NCBI GenBank assembly: GCA_024400415.1
Contig: JAKSMS010000002.1
Coordinates: 5,679 to 69,678, forward strand
Source of the DNA: Bacteroidales bacterium
GTDB lineage: Bacteria; Bacteroidota; Bacteroidia; Bacteroidales; P3
Reading direction: 5' to 3'
Length of the DNA: 64,000 nucleotides
The notes below the pieces were generated by a model. It had not been told where the DNA came from and did no database searches. It worked only from the letters and a program-made list of their open reading frames with translations. Each line of letters opens with the position of its first letter. Position 1 is the first letter of the stretch. Made by a program: the position numbers and the translations under genes. Of the stretch, positions 1 to 10,527 are shown piece by piece.

Positions 1-492
1 TGCTTCGATAAGCAACGTTTTATTCTCGCGGTCAACATTTTTTATCACCTCATCTATTACGGGTATTAGAATCTCCTTTCCGGAATTCATGATTTGGAAT
101 AGGGGCTGTGCCGGATATTCTATCACCGTCTCGAGTCGACCGATAGGACCTTTCTCCACATCTACCACTTCAAATCCTTCAACCTCATGGAAGTAGAATT
201 TGTTGCCTTCGAGTTTAGGGAGCACGTCGAGTGGAAGATAGAGTTCGCGACCTACTAATGAGGCTGACTCATCAGGCGTGAGGTCTTCGAAAGTCACGAT
301 GGCTTTGTTGGAGGACGAGAAGTTCAGCTCCTCGATAAAGTATGGCACCAGGCCATTCTTCGTCTCTACCAATACTGAATCCAGTTCGGCATATTCAGAA
401 GGGTCGTCGACATCTAAAAAAAAGATCACCTGTCCTTTTACTCCGAAAGGCTTAGTGATGCGTCCAATATAGAAACATTCGTCTTTAGTCAT
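1..492 (-). CDS. rimM: 16S rRNA processing protein RimM (C-terminal end runs off the window)
   Basis: Not in the ORF track because no stop lies in the window. My translation from the ATG at 490-492 gives MTKDECFYIGRITKPFGVKGQVIFFLDVDDPSEY...FYFHEVEGFEVVD...ILIPVIDEVI, a RimM-type pattern. Confidence 0.8.
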   Translation of the reverse strand, partial: MTKDECFYIGRITKPFGVKGQVIFFLDVDDPSEYAELDSVLVETKNGLVPYFIEELNFSSSNKAIVTFEDLTPDESASLVGRELYLPLDVLPKLEGNKFYFHEVEGFEVVDVEKGPIGRLETVIEYPAQPLFQIMNSGKEILIPVIDEVIKNVDRENKTLLIEA

Positions 493-547
493 ATATCAAT
501 AAACGCCAAACGTCTCGAAATATTGCGCATCAACGACCTTTCGTCCT

Positions 548-2203
548 TTATATCGTGGGAATGGCATCGAGGAGGTGGCGAGTGTATTCCTGCTGAGGGT
601 TGGCAAAGAGGCCGTCGGCCGTGTTTGTTTCAACGATGCGTCCTTGCTGCATAACCATAATGCGGTCGCTGAGGAACTTGACCACCGAGAGGTCGTGGGT
701 AATAAAAAGGTAGGTGAACCCATAATGGCACTTTAGGCTGTTGAGGAGGTTGAGCACTTGGGCTTGAACAGACACGTCGAGTGCTGATACGGATTCGTCG
801 CACACCACGAGTTCGGGCTGTAGCACGAGGGCTCGGGCGATGCATACGCGCTGGCGCTGTCCGCCGCTGAATTCGTGGGGGTATCGCTGATACCAGTCGG
901 GCTGGAGTCCTACCTGCTCCATGAGCTGCAGCACTTTCTCGCGACGTTCTCGGGTGTTATTGTAAAGCCCATGTATGCGGAGGGGCTCCATGATGGCGTC
1001 GCCAATCGTGATGCGGGGATTGAGTGAGGAGTAGGGGTCTTGGAAGATGATCTGCAGCTTGGTGCGCAGTCGCTTCATCTGGTGATCGTTGAGGCTGTTG
1101 ATGGACTGCCCGTTGTAGCTGATCTGCTGAGACTGAGATTCGATGAGTCGGAGTATGGATCGGCCCAGCGTTGTCTTGCCGCAACCCGATTCGCCTACAA
1201 GGCCGAGCGTCTCGCCCTTATAGATGTCGAAGCTGATGTGGTCTACGGCTTGGAGCGTTTTTCGTGGCTTGCCAAAGAGGCTTTTCTTGAGCGTGTAGCT
1301 GACAGAAAGGTCGCGTACCGATAGCAGGGGAGTGGTGTGCTCTTCTAGCGGACGCTCAGTGCTGTCGGGTTGGCGCCCCTCCATGAAATCTGCTACGGTG
1401 GGCAGATTCATAGGTCGGCTGTTGAGCGGCGGACGGCAGGCTAATAGCCCTTGGGTGTAAGGGTGCTGGGGGTTGTGGAGGATGGTCTCGGCGAGACCTC
1501 TCTCAACGATGGATCCATGGTACATCACGGCCACCTCGTCGGCTATCTGATTGATGACCCCGAGGTCGTGGGTGATGAAAATGATGGCGATATTGCGTTG
1601 CTTCTGCAGCTGGCGCAACAGGGTAAGGATAGTCTTCTGAACGGTGACGTCGAGTGCCGTAGTGGGTTCGTCGGCGATGATGAGGTCGGGGTTGCAGATG
1701 AGGGCCATGGCGATGATGACGCGTTGCTTCTGTCCGCCCGAAATCTCGTGGGGGTAGGAGTTGAAGATTTTCTCAGGGCGCGGCAGCATTACCTCTTCGA
1801 AAAGGGCGATGGCTCTGCGACGTGCCTCTTTTCGGCTCACCGATTCGTGCATGCGGAGCATCTCTACCACTTGGTCGCCGCAGCGCTGTACGGGGTTTAG
1901 TGCGGTCATGGGCTCTTGGAATATCATGGAGATATGGCGGCCGCGTATCTGTCGCATGCGCGACTCTTTGGCGGTGAGTATCTCTTCGCCAAGGAATCGG
2001 ATGCTTCCGCTGGTGCGGCTCTTCTTCTCGGGCAGCAGACGCATGAGGGCAAGCGTGCTTACCGACTTGCCAGACCCCGATTCTCCTACGATTCCGAGGG
2101 TGCGGCCTTTCTCAAGACTGAGGTTGATGCCATGCACCACTTCGTTCTCTTTGCCGTCGTGGAGGAATGAGATGTGGAGGTCGTTGATTTCTAGAAGAGC
2201 CAT
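548..2203 (-). CDS. ABC transporter ATP-binding protein with two fused ATPase domains (Dpp/Opp-type)
   Basis: Two Walker A motifs ([16 protein letters not shown]), two signature motifs ([16 protein letters not shown]) and two Walker B motifs in the 551-aa ORF. Confidence 0.9.
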   Translation of the reverse strand: MALLEINDLHISFLHDGKENEVVHGINLSLEKGRTLGIVGESGSGKSVSTLALMRLLPEKKSRTSGSIRFLGEEILTAKESRMRQIRGRHISMIFQEPMTALNPVQRCGDQVVEMLRMHESVSRKEARRRAIALFEEVMLPRPEKIFNSYPHEISGGQKQRVIIAMALICNPDLIIADEPTTALDVTVQKTILTLLRQLQKQRNIAIIFITHDLGVINQIADEVAVMYHGSIVERGLAETILHNPQHPYTQGLLACRPPLNSRPMNLPTVADFMEGRQPDSTERPLEEHTTPLLSVRDLSVSYTLKKSLFGKPRKTLQAVDHISFDIYKGETLGLVGESGCGKTTLGRSILRLIESQSQQISYNGQSINSLNDHQMKRLRTKLQIIFQDPYSSLNPRITIGDAIMEPLRIHGLYNNTRERREKVLQLMEQVGLQPDWYQRYPHEFSGGQRQRVCIARALVLQPELVVCDESVSALDVSVQAQVLNLLNSLKCHYGFTYLFITHDLSVVKFLSDRIMVMQQGRIVETNTADGLFANPQQEYTRHLLDAIPTI

Positions 2204-2236
2204 TTTCGTTTATGATTTGTGGATTATTCGCACGTT

Positions 2237-3454
2237 CTATTTATAATATAGGTATCCCATCTTGTTTGGTGAGAAGAGTTCGGCGGCAAGCTGCTGAAGG
2301 TCTTCGGCGGTTACGCTCATGATGTCGGCGTTCATTTCCTCGAGGGTGTCTACGTGGTCGAAGGCCAGGTTGGCTTTGCCGATAGACTGCATCTCGTTGA
2401 GTCCCGACTCGCTGCTGATGGCCATTTGTCCGATATACTGCTGCTGGGCGGCGCGAAGCTGGCGCAGCGTCAGCGGATGTTGTGCCATGCGGTCTAGTTC
2501 GTCGAGTATGAGGCCGGTGGCCCGCTCTTGGGAGTCGCCGTCGATGCCGGCATAGATGTAGAAGAGTCCCGAGTCGGTGAATGGGGTATATTGCGACTCA
2601 ATGGTGTAGCAGAATCCGTAGCGTTCGCGTATGGCCACGTTGAGTCGCGAGGTCATGGCAGGTCCTCCCAGGATGTTGTTGAGCAGCGAGAATGCCGTCT
2701 TCTTCTCATTGAAGAGGCTCGGAGCCTCGCAGCCGATAAGGGCATGCACCTGATGGGTATGCTTGTTGACGGTCTTCTCGAAGGGGGTGAATATCGGCGC
2801 TGTGCTTCGGTCGGCGGCTGAGGTGCGAGCTGGGATGTCTCCAAAGTATTTTTCGCAGCGGCGCACCAGTTTGTCGAAGTCTGCGTTTCCAACCACGGAG
2901 ATCACCATGCGGTCGGGCGTATAGTTCTGTGCGAAGAATTCTGATAGTGTATGGGTGGTGAAGTGGCGCACGTTCTTTTTTGTGCCCAGTATGTTATGGG
3001 CGATAGGGTGGGTGCCGAAGGCTATCTCCTCAAAGTCGTCGAATATAAGGTCGGCAGGACTGTCTTTGTAGGAGTTGATTTCCTCGATGACCACCTCTTT
3101 CTCCTTGTCGATCTCGTGCTTCGGAAAGGTGGAATTGGCTATCAGGTCGGCAAAGAGTTCTAGGCAGCGGTCCAGGTGGATGCTGAGCGAAGAGGCGTAG
3201 ATGCAGGTCTCTTCCTTGGTGGTGTAGGCGTTGAGTTCGCCGCCAACTCCGTCGATGCGGTTTTGGATATGGAAGGCTCTGCGGTGGGTGGTTCCCTTGA
3301 AGATGGAGTGCTCTATGAAGTGTGCTATACCCTCCAGAGGGCCCTGTTCGTCGCGCGAGCCTATGTTGATGTAGACGCCCGAGTGGGTTACTGGCGAGTC
3401 GTTGCGCCTAAAGATGATGCGTATTCCGTTATTTAGAGTATGGTAGTGGTACAT
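2237..3454 (-). CDS. M16 (pitrilysin/insulinase) family zinc peptidase
   Basis: Inverted zinc motif HFIEH near the N-terminus. Length of 405 aa and overall pattern are typical of M16. Confidence 0.85.
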   Translation of the reverse strand: MYHYHTLNNGIRIIFRRNDSPVTHSGVYINIGSRDEQGPLEGIAHFIEHSIFKGTTHRRAFHIQNRIDGVGGELNAYTTKEETCIYASSLSIHLDRCLELFADLIANSTFPKHEIDKEKEVVIEEINSYKDSPADLIFDDFEEIAFGTHPIAHNILGTKKNVRHFTTHTLSEFFAQNYTPDRMVISVVGNADFDKLVRRCEKYFGDIPARTSAADRSTAPIFTPFEKTVNKHTHQVHALIGCEAPSLFNEKKTAFSLLNNILGGPAMTSRLNVAIRERYGFCYTIESQYTPFTDSGLFYIYAGIDGDSQERATGLILDELDRMAQHPLTLRQLRAAQQQYIGQMAISSESGLNEMQSIGKANLAFDHVDTLEEMNADIMSVTAEDLQQLAAELFSPNKMGYLYYK

Positions 3455-4979
3455 GATTGCGTTGATTGTTGAGTATCGACCCCCACACCACTACCAGCAT
3501 GATGCCGGCAAGGGTTTCGAGGGTGTCTTCGTTGATGAACGATACCAATACCAGCGCCGCCAGTGCTATGCTGAGCAGCGGCATTCTTTGGCCTTGGCGT
3601 AGCCCTCTTGCCACGAAGAAGACTATCAGCAGGAAGCCGACGAATCCGAAGGTGAGTATGAAGGTGAGGTATTGGTTGTGGATATGTTTAGTAGTGTCGG
3701 CTATAGGGGAGTCGGTCTCCTGTAGGCGCTGATGGGCAATGTCCACCACGTCGCCAGTCCCTACTCCCAGCCAGGGATTCTCTTTGATGCACATCCATCC
3801 GTTGTGCCACAGTTCGAGGCGTTCTAGCATGGTGAATCCGCGTATGGATGACTGTCTGCGGCCTGACTCGTACTCGTAAAGTATCTGGTCGAAGAACTTC
3901 CTAGGGCTCCCTTGCCGCAGATAGCTGGGGTTGGCGATTCCCTTCTCGATGGCGGCGATATCCTGCTGCGACAGCTGGCAGATGCCGGCGCTGTCTTTGG
4001 CGAGATTCATACAGTTGAGGTATCTGACGAGGGCGCCGTAGAGCGGATATCCTACCTCGGTTATCGAGTCTAGCCCTACCTGGCTATGCTTGGGCCATTC
4101 GCTATAGAGCTCTTGGTCGCAGATGTAGTTGTTCACATAGCCGCCGCGTTCCACGAATCCGTCTTGCCGGTGCGTGTAGGGGGTGCCATTTTCTGTGTGG
4201 GTTGCCAGAGGTTCGGTCGAGAGGCTCCTCAGCCGATAATAGTCGTTGACGTAGCAGGCCGTCAGTCCGCCCAAGCCTAGCAGCAGTACCGTTGTTGCAA
4301 CGGCGGCGGCCTTGTTGCCACTGCGCAAGGCGGCAACAACTATCATCACGGCTAGGGTGATGATTCCGGTGTAGGACTGCTGCAGCAGTAGGAATGCCAG
4401 CAGCCAGATGCCTAGCAGAGCCATGAGGGCTCTGATCAGTGCTTTGGACATGTGGGGCACTTCTACCTTGCGTATGTCGGCGGCAATAATGGCCAGCGCT
4501 AGGCATATCTCCAACGAGAATCGTATGTGGGAGATATATGGGTTGAGTTCGCGGTAGGGGAGGTCTGGTATAGTGAGGAATCGCACCACGCCTATGAGGG
4601 TCACCACGCCCATCGTTGTAAGAAATATCGCCTTGAGGTGGGTCAGTATGGACTCTTCCAGCGGCCGCGAAGTCATCACTACCAGCGGTATGGCCAGCAG
4701 CGGCAGCTTCTTGCGTATGTCGTCCAAGCCGTAGCTGATATTGCTGCTCCACAGCAGTCCGATCAGGTGCAGGGCGAAGATCAACACCACGGCCTGCAGC
4801 AGCCTGTTGTGTCTCAGCTGAGCCCACTTGTATCGCCAGTCGCCTTCCACAATCCAGTTGGCCAGCAGGAATACCCACATCATGTTCATGAAGAAGTTGC
4901 TGGTGGGCATAGCTATCATCAGCACACTCAGTAGGAGTATGTAGATGTTGCGGGTGATGGTGTGTAGGGTCAGGTGCAC
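3429..4979 (-). CDS. O-antigen ligase-like (Wzy_C) polytopic membrane protein
   Basis: Many predicted TM segments and a periplasmic loop followed by HNQYLTFILTFGFVGFLL, a Wzy_C-type motif. The 3' end overlaps the M16 start by 26 nt. Confidence 0.7.
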   Translation of the reverse strand: MHLTLHTITRNIYILLLSVLMIAMPTSNFFMNMMWVFLLANWIVEGDWRYKWAQLRHNRLLQAVVLIFALHLIGLLWSSNISYGLDDIRKKLPLLAIPLVVMTSRPLEESILTHLKAIFLTTMGVVTLIGVVRFLTIPDLPYRELNPYISHIRFSLEICLALAIIAADIRKVEVPHMSKALIRALMALLGIWLLAFLLLQQSYTGIITLAVMIVVAALRSGNKAAAVATTVLLLGLGGLTACYVNDYYRLRSLSTEPLATHTENGTPYTHRQDGFVERGGYVNNYICDQELYSEWPKHSQVGLDSITEVGYPLYGALVRYLNCMNLAKDSAGICQLSQQDIAAIEKGIANPSYLRQGSPRKFFDQILYEYESGRRQSSIRGFTMLERLELWHNGWMCIKENPWLGVGTGDVVDIAHQRLQETDSPIADTTKHIHNQYLTFILTFGFVGFLLIVFFVARGLRQGQRMPLLSIALAALVLVSFINEDTLETLAGIMLVVVWGSILNNQRNHVPLPYSK

Positions 4980-4993
4980 TTGCGGTTATTTTT

Positions 4994-6634
4994 TTATTTG
5001 CCAAGCAGTTTGCGGTACTGTTCCTTGTCGTTCAGGATTTCGGCGGCCTTCTTCACTACTGGGTCGTTCTTTATGGCGCCTTCAATGCGGCCTTTCTGGT
5101 AGTAGTAGCGCACCAGGATTTCGTTCCGCAGCATTTCGCTGATTTCATCGCGATGCTTCTTGATGTCGGCAGCCTTGTCGTCTTTCAGTTTCTGCTCCAG
5201 CTGCTTTATTTCCTCGTCCAGTGCGTCGATATACTGTTCCTCTTTGGCCACTTTGCGCAGCTCGCCGAGCATGCGCTCTGTGAAGGTGGAATAGTCGTAA
5301 GACTTGTCGCTGAGGAATTTCACGAAGTCGTCGTAGATCTCGTCGGTAATCTCAAATTCTCCGGCAGGTGCAATGGATGGGTGCTCTTTGCTGAACTTGG
5401 TGGCGTAGTCGAACACCAGCTGCTTCTGCACTAGGGCGATAGCAAGTCCCGACATATATTCTGGTTCAATCTCCACATCGGGTTCGATGCCGAATCCGTC
5501 GTATACGGTGCGGCCGTTGCGGGTCTTGAAGGCGGTCTTCAGCGAGTCGGGCACCTTGAGGGCCTTTCCATTCTCGTCACGGTGGGTGTAGTCGATGGCC
5601 TGAATGCATCGTCCGCTGGGAATGTAGTATTTCGACACCGTCACCTTCATCTGTGAGTTGTAGGCCATGGGGAGTATGTTCTGCACGAGCCCTTTGCCGT
5701 AGCTGCGGCTGCCTATGATCACGGCGCGGTCGAAGTCTTGCAGGCTGCCGCTCACAATCTCGCTGGCCGAGGCGCTGCTGCCGTCGATGAGCACGGCTAC
5801 CGGCATCTCGGTGTCTTCGGGCATCTGGGTTGTCACGCTCTTGATGTTTTTTGAGGCCACCTTGCCTTTGGTCTCTACCACCACTTCGCCTCGCTTCATC
5901 CACACGTTGACGATGTCTACTGCCTCGTTCATCAGTCCGCCGCCGTTGCCCCTCAGGTCGAGTATCACGCCCTTCATCTCGGGGTGCTCCTTCTTCAGCT
6001 TGGCGAAGGCGGTACGCACGTTCTTGCCTGCGTCTTGGGTGAATTCGTCGAGTTTGATATAGCCGCAGTTGCCCTGCACCATTCCGTAGTAGGGCATGTT
6101 GGGCATCTTGATTTCCTCGCGGGTGAGCTTCTTCTCCATCTCTTTGCCGTCGCGCTCTATGCGGATGGTCAGGCTGGTGCCTGCCTGTCCGCGCAGTATT
6201 CCGCTCACGTCGGCCGTGGTCTTGCCCTTGCATGAGGTGCCGTTGATGCTCACGATGCGGTCGCCTGCTTTCAGCCCGGCTTTGTCGGCGGGCATGCCCT
6301 CATAGGGCTCGGCAATGTATACGTTGCTGTCACGCTGCTGTATGATAGAGCCTATGCCGCCATATTGTCCCAGCATCTGCATCTTCACGTCCTCGATGTC
6401 TGATTCTGGGTAGTAGTTGGTATAGGGGTCTAGGCTGGCCAGCATGGCGTCGATGGCAGTCTTCATGGTCTTGCCGGGGTCTATGTCGTCTACGTAGTTC
6501 AGGTGGATGTTGCGATATACGTTGGCAAAGATTTCGAGGTTTTTGGCTATCTCGAAGCCTTTGTCGGGCTGGTTTTGTGCGGTCAGGCTGAGTGCGGCCG
6601 ACAATAGTGCTATAGTTAAAACGATACGTTTCAT
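4994..6634 (-). CDS. S41 family C-terminal processing (tail-specific) peptidase
   Basis: Signal peptide, PDZ-like segment (GLKAGDRIVSING), serine context GSSASASEI and lysine context SYGKG. Confidence 0.88.
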   Translation of the reverse strand: MKRIVLTIALLSAALSLTAQNQPDKGFEIAKNLEIFANVYRNIHLNYVDDIDPGKTMKTAIDAMLASLDPYTNYYPESDIEDVKMQMLGQYGGIGSIIQQRDSNVYIAEPYEGMPADKAGLKAGDRIVSINGTSCKGKTTADVSGILRGQAGTSLTIRIERDGKEMEKKLTREEIKMPNMPYYGMVQGNCGYIKLDEFTQDAGKNVRTAFAKLKKEHPEMKGVILDLRGNGGGLMNEAVDIVNVWMKRGEVVVETKGKVASKNIKSVTTQMPEDTEMPVAVLIDGSSASASEIVSGSLQDFDRAVIIGSRSYGKGLVQNILPMAYNSQMKVTVSKYYIPSGRCIQAIDYTHRDENGKALKVPDSLKTAFKTRNGRTVYDGFGIEPDVEIEPEYMSGLAIALVQKQLVFDYATKFSKEHPSIAPAGEFEITDEIYDDFVKFLSDKSYDYSTFTERMLGELRKVAKEEQYIDALDEEIKQLEQKLKDDKAADIKKHRDEISEMLRNEILVRYYYQKGRIEGAIKNDPVVKKAAEILNDKEQYRKLLGK

Positions 6635-6714
6635 GGTCTTTTCTTGTTCTTTGGTTCTAATGATGCTCTTATAACGCCCTCGCGCGCGCCTTTATTATAT
6701 GCATGGCCGCTTTT

Positions 6715-7257
6715 TTATTCTATTATTGTTAGCGCGCCTGTCTCGCTGTCCATGATATAGCCGCGCACCACCACGTCTTTGGCCATCAGGGGGTGGTTCT
6801 TCACCAGGTCCACGGTTTCCTGTATGGCGGCCTCGGTGTCGTCGAATCCGTGCAGCCACGAGTCTAGGTCTATCCCGCAGTGCTTCATCAGTGTGAGGTG
6901 CTCCTCGTCCACGCCGCGTTCACGCATCAGCTTCTGCATGTGGGCACTGTCCATTCCCAGCACTCCGCAGCCCGTGTGGCCGATGATCATTACCTCCTCT
7001 ACGCCGAGTTCGTATACTGCCACCAGTATCGAGCGCATTGTTGAGTCAAAGGGGTTGGTGATGGTTCCGCCAGCGTTCTTGATGATCTTCACGTCGCCAT
7101 TCTTGATGCCGAGTGCGGCGGGCAGCAGCTCCACGAGGCGTGTGTCCATGCAGGTCACTATGGCTATCTTTTTGTCGGGATATTTGCTGGTTTTGTAGCG
7201 CTCATATCCCTTCTCGGCTACAAACTGCCGATTGAATTCTAACATTTGCTCTATCAT
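6715..7257 (-). CDS. beta-class carbonic anhydrase
   Basis: CMDTR and HTGCG zinc-ligand motifs. I place the start at MIEQMLEFNRQF (7257). The upstream 165 codons of track ORF 6715..7752 are Arg/His-rich and overlap the C10 gene. Confidence 0.85.
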   Translation of the reverse strand: MIEQMLEFNRQFVAEKGYERYKTSKYPDKKIAIVTCMDTRLVELLPAALGIKNGDVKIIKNAGGTITNPFDSTMRSILVAVYELGVEEVMIIGHTGCGVLGMDSAHMQKLMRERGVDEEHLTLMKHCGIDLDSWLHGFDDTEAAIQETVDLVKNHPLMAKDVVVRGYIMDSETGALTIIE

Positions 7258-7271
7258 GATGTTTCCTTTTT

Positions 7272-10200
7272 TTATCGAACGATTATCTTTGTGGGAGACT
7301 GTCCGTTTGCCGTCACTATGTATGCACCTCTGTGGGGCAGTGCCGTCTGCCATTCTCTTGGCGCTTTCGTGGTGGCTGCTATGCTGCGCCCTAGCAGGTC
7401 TGTCACGCTGATGCTGCATCCTTCGGCGTTGCTTACTGTCAGGGTTCTGCCCGTCAGTCGGATGAGGGTCTCGACTTCCGGACGCTCTATCCCTGCTTGG
7501 CCGTTGATCACGATGTGCACCCTTACTATCGAGTCGCATCCGGCTTCGGTGGACAGCTCTTCTTCGATGGTGGTCGATTCGGTGTATCTGATTCCTCCGT
7601 ATTCTATCGGTCCGTCGGACTCTATGGTGGTGTCGGTCTCTGCTGAGTAATGGATGGTGAGCATCAGCGTTGCCACCGAGTCGCACCCTTCGGCGGTAGT
7701 AGTGGTGTATGTGGCCGACGAGGTGCTTTCGAAGTACCATCTTCCGTGCCATTCGGCGCTGTCGCAGGCGGTCATTGCCTCGTTGCCATACGCGGTCTTG
7801 GGTCCGAATACGGCCGTGAAGGCCATGTCGTCGTTCACTATCACCTCCCTTGGGTTCTGCACCACGCCGTCCTGCCAGTGAAGGAATTCGTAGCAGGGGT
7901 TAGGCGTGGCTTCCAGTGTGGCGGTTTCGCCCTCCTCGTAGGTGCCGCCGCCCGTCACGCTGCCCATCTGGCTGTATTCTGCCGTTGCGGTCACGGTGTG
8001 GGTTGGCAGCGGCTGCCCCGTAAGTGTGATGTCGTCTATGTATAGGTAGTATCCGTGCTGGGTGGTGTAGTGGATGGCTATATACTTGGCCTCGGTAGGT
8101 ATGGTGGCGGTGAAGGTGTTCCAGGTGCTCTGGTTCGTCGATCCCGTTGCTGCTAGGTGCGTGAAGCTTGCCGGCGCATTGTCGGTGGTGGAATAGCGTA
8201 TCTCGAATGTCTCGGTCACGCCGCTGTAGCAGCTGTGGCTCAGCGAGAGGTCTATCGCGTTGCGCACGTTCAGTCGTGGCGATATCAGGTATTGGTCGTA
8301 TTCCCAGTCTGTCAGTCGGCTGCTGAATCTGAAGTATTCTGCCGAGCCCCACATGCCGGAATAGGTATATACTATCATCTCGTCGGCGTTGGCCTGCGAA
8401 GCGCTGTAGGCTGTCCAGCAGTCCAGTCCTTCTGCGAAGTTCTGCAGGTGGGGCAGGGTGCTGATGGCGCAGCCCGAGAAGAATGCCGTGTGGGTCGTTG
8501 CGCCGCTTACGGCAAAGGTCCTTGGATTGTCCGTATTGCCGTCTTCCCAGTGGTCGAAGGCGTTGTCGCCTGTAGGTAGGGCTGTGAGCGTGCATAGCTC
8601 GCCGGGCACATAGCGGCCTCCTCCCGTTACGCGGCCTTGTGCGGTATCGTTGGCCGTGGCAGCGACTATCACGTCGTTATCCGTAGCGAATAGCGCTTTC
8701 AGCATCACCGTCATGTCGTAGAGCTGGCTCCACACCACTCCGTTCACCGAGGTGTAGCCGCCATTGATGTTGCCGCAGTAGGTGGTCACTGGCGAGGGGT
8801 AGCCGTTGTCGCGGCAGTAGCCCACGATCCATAGCGGCTGTGAAGCGTTGACGGGCACCAGCTGCGAGAAGCGCAGCGTCTCCCACCTGTTAGTGCCGGT
8901 CAGGTGGAAGGTCTCTTCGTAGGCCACCTGTCCGGGCGAGTAGTTGTCGCCCGAGTATATCTTTATGGTGTAGTCGCCCTCGTAGGCGTTATATACCATC
9001 ACGCTCTTGAGTGAGCGTCCTGCTGGCAGGTTGGCGCTCTCTACCTTGATGCCGAAGTATCGGTTCGTCAGGTTGCCCTCATGGGCATTGCTGCAGTAGG
9101 CTATCGTGTCGCTCACCACGGGCAGTACTATGGCTGTCAGGTCCACGTCGCCGTTGGCCCAGAATTGGCGCGGCTGCGTGCGCGAGCCGTCGCTCCAGCG
9201 TTCGAATCGGTAGCCGTCAGCGGTGGACACGCTTAGGGTCACCAGGTCGGTATAGTTGTTGTAGGTGCCGGCGCCGCTCACCGTTGAGTGGGCGTTGTCG
9301 GTGCTTGTTGCGGTCACCACGGCGGTCTGCGCGTTGTTGCGCGTGGCGGGGCGTATGCCCATCACGGCCACGTTGTCCCGGTTGAACGACGAGGTGGCAT
9401 TCGTGCCTATGCCGCCCACCGAGGGGTTCAGCGACCCTATGGCGAAGTATCCGTCGCTCGTGCCGCCCCAGCCCCAGTTGAAGTGGAATCGGTCTTGTGA
9501 GTCGTATCCGTCGCACACAAAGCAGTGTCCGCCCGAGAAGTCGTAGCCCGAGTATATCACCGGGCGTGCGTTGTCCATCTCGTTCCTCAGCAGTTCCCGC
9601 CAGGCCTCGTCGCCCAGCCCCGACATCTTGGCCCCGAATATCTCTGGGGCATAGTCGAAGTACTGCCTCAAGGCGTTCTCTACGCAGGGGTAGTTGATGC
9701 CGTTTCTCGAGATGGGGTCGGCCGAGCTGCCTCCCTCCGAAGACATGGCGTAGTTGGTCACTATCGACACGCCCACCTGGTACATCAGCGAGGCCACCGC
9801 CGCTACCTGCTGCTGGGTGCTGCTGGCGTTGAGCGAGTTGGGCATGTTGGCCCAGTCATAGGTCGTGTTGCCGAAGTCGGCGCTCTGCAGCCCGAAGCGC
9901 GGATGGCTGTAGCTGCTGAAGCCGCGTCCCTGCAGGGGGTGGTTCCAATATTTCATCACCTGGGCCATGGCGGTGCCTACGCATCCCGTTGCGGCATGCT
10001 GCTGGCTTGTGGGTTCCACGGGGCACATGCTGTTGTAGTACGTTCCCTGTCCCCAAGTGGTGCTCAGCAGGGGCGCCACGGGGGTGTTCAGCGGCGCTTT
10101 GGGCGTCGTGCCCGCTATCAGCTCGCTCCACGCTTCTGCCACTATGGCCGAGCCCTCAATTCCGTGCTCGCGCATCTGCGCTATCTCGTAGGCGTAGCCC

Positions 10201-10511
10201 TCCAGCCATTCGGCCATGTTGGCGGGCAGCTCGTCGGCCATCATCGAGGCGGGGGAGTATCCCAGTATAGGCAGCGCGCAGTCGTCGCCAGCCACTATCA
10301 CATAGCCGCCCTCTTCCCAGGCAAAGACGTACATCTCCTTCACGCCCAGGCGGCTCCCCACCTCTGCGGCAGGACTCTTTTTCTCGCCTAGGCCGTTCAT
10401 CCTCCAGAAGTTCTCTGCTACCTGTCGGGCTGTTTCTTTCTCTACGGGATTGGCCCATGCCGCCAGCGTCGTGGCGGCCATGAGTGCCATTATTGCGAAT
10501 CTCTTTATCAT
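7272..10511 (-). CDS. Secreted C10 (streptopain-like) cysteine peptidase with T9SS C-terminal sorting domain
   Basis: Signal peptide MIKRFAIMALMAATTLAAWA, propeptide-like NPVEKETARQVAENFW, Cys context ATGCVGTAMAQVMKYW and His context GGHCFVCDGYD. Three ~65-aa Listeria-Bacteroides-type repeats. C-terminal beta-sandwich tail (...RGAYIVTANGQSPTKIIVR). The alternative start at 10550 would overlap the antiporter gene. Confidence 0.85.
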   Translation of the reverse strand: MIKRFAIMALMAATTLAAWANPVEKETARQVAENFWRMNGLGEKKSPAAEVGSRLGVKEMYVFAWEEGGYVIVAGDDCALPILGYSPASMMADELPANMAEWLEGYAYEIAQMREHGIEGSAIVAEAWSELIAGTTPKAPLNTPVAPLLSTTWGQGTYYNSMCPVEPTSQQHAATGCVGTAMAQVMKYWNHPLQGRGFSSYSHPRFGLQSADFGNTTYDWANMPNSLNASSTQQQVAAVASLMYQVGVSIVTNYAMSSEGGSSADPISRNGINYPCVENALRQYFDYAPEIFGAKMSGLGDEAWRELLRNEMDNARPVIYSGYDFSGGHCFVCDGYDSQDRFHFNWGWGGTSDGYFAIGSLNPSVGGIGTNATSSFNRDNVAVMGIRPATRNNAQTAVVTATSTDNAHSTVSGAGTYNNYTDLVTLSVSTADGYRFERWSDGSRTQPRQFWANGDVDLTAIVLPVVSDTIAYCSNAHEGNLTNRYFGIKVESANLPAGRSLKSVMVYNAYEGDYTIKIYSGDNYSPGQVAYEETFHLTGTNRWETLRFSQLVPVNASQPLWIVGYCRDNGYPSPVTTYCGNINGGYTSVNGVVWSQLYDMTVMLKALFATDNDVIVAATANDTAQGRVTGGGRYVPGELCTLTALPTGDNAFDHWEDGNTDNPRTFAVSGATTHTAFFSGCAISTLPHLQNFAEGLDCWTAYSASQANADEMIVYTYSGMWGSAEYFRFSSRLTDWEYDQYLISPRLNVRNAIDLSLSHSCYSGVTETFEIRYSTTDNAPASFTHLAATGSTNQSTWNTFTATIPTEAKYIAIHYTTQHGYYLYIDDITLTGQPLPTHTVTATAEYSQMGSVTGGGTYEEGETATLEATPNPCYEFLHWQDGVVQNPREVIVNDDMAFTAVFGPKTAYGNEAMTACDSAEWHGRWYFESTSSATYTTTTAEGCDSVATLMLTIHYSAETDTTIESDGPIEYGGIRYTESTTIEEELSTEAGCDSIVRVHIVINGQAGIERPEVETLIRLTGRTLTVSNAEGCSISVTDLLGRSIAATTKAPREWQTALPHRGAYIVTANGQSPTKIIVR

Positions 10512-10527
10512 AGTCTTTCTTGAGATA

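Noticed and set aside
7258-7752. N-terminal 165-codon extension of the carbonic anhydrase ORF (track ORF 6715..7752).
   Set aside because: The extension is Arg/His-rich and low in complexity. It overlaps the 3' end of the C10 peptidase gene. The CA domain begins at the internal Met (MIEQML).
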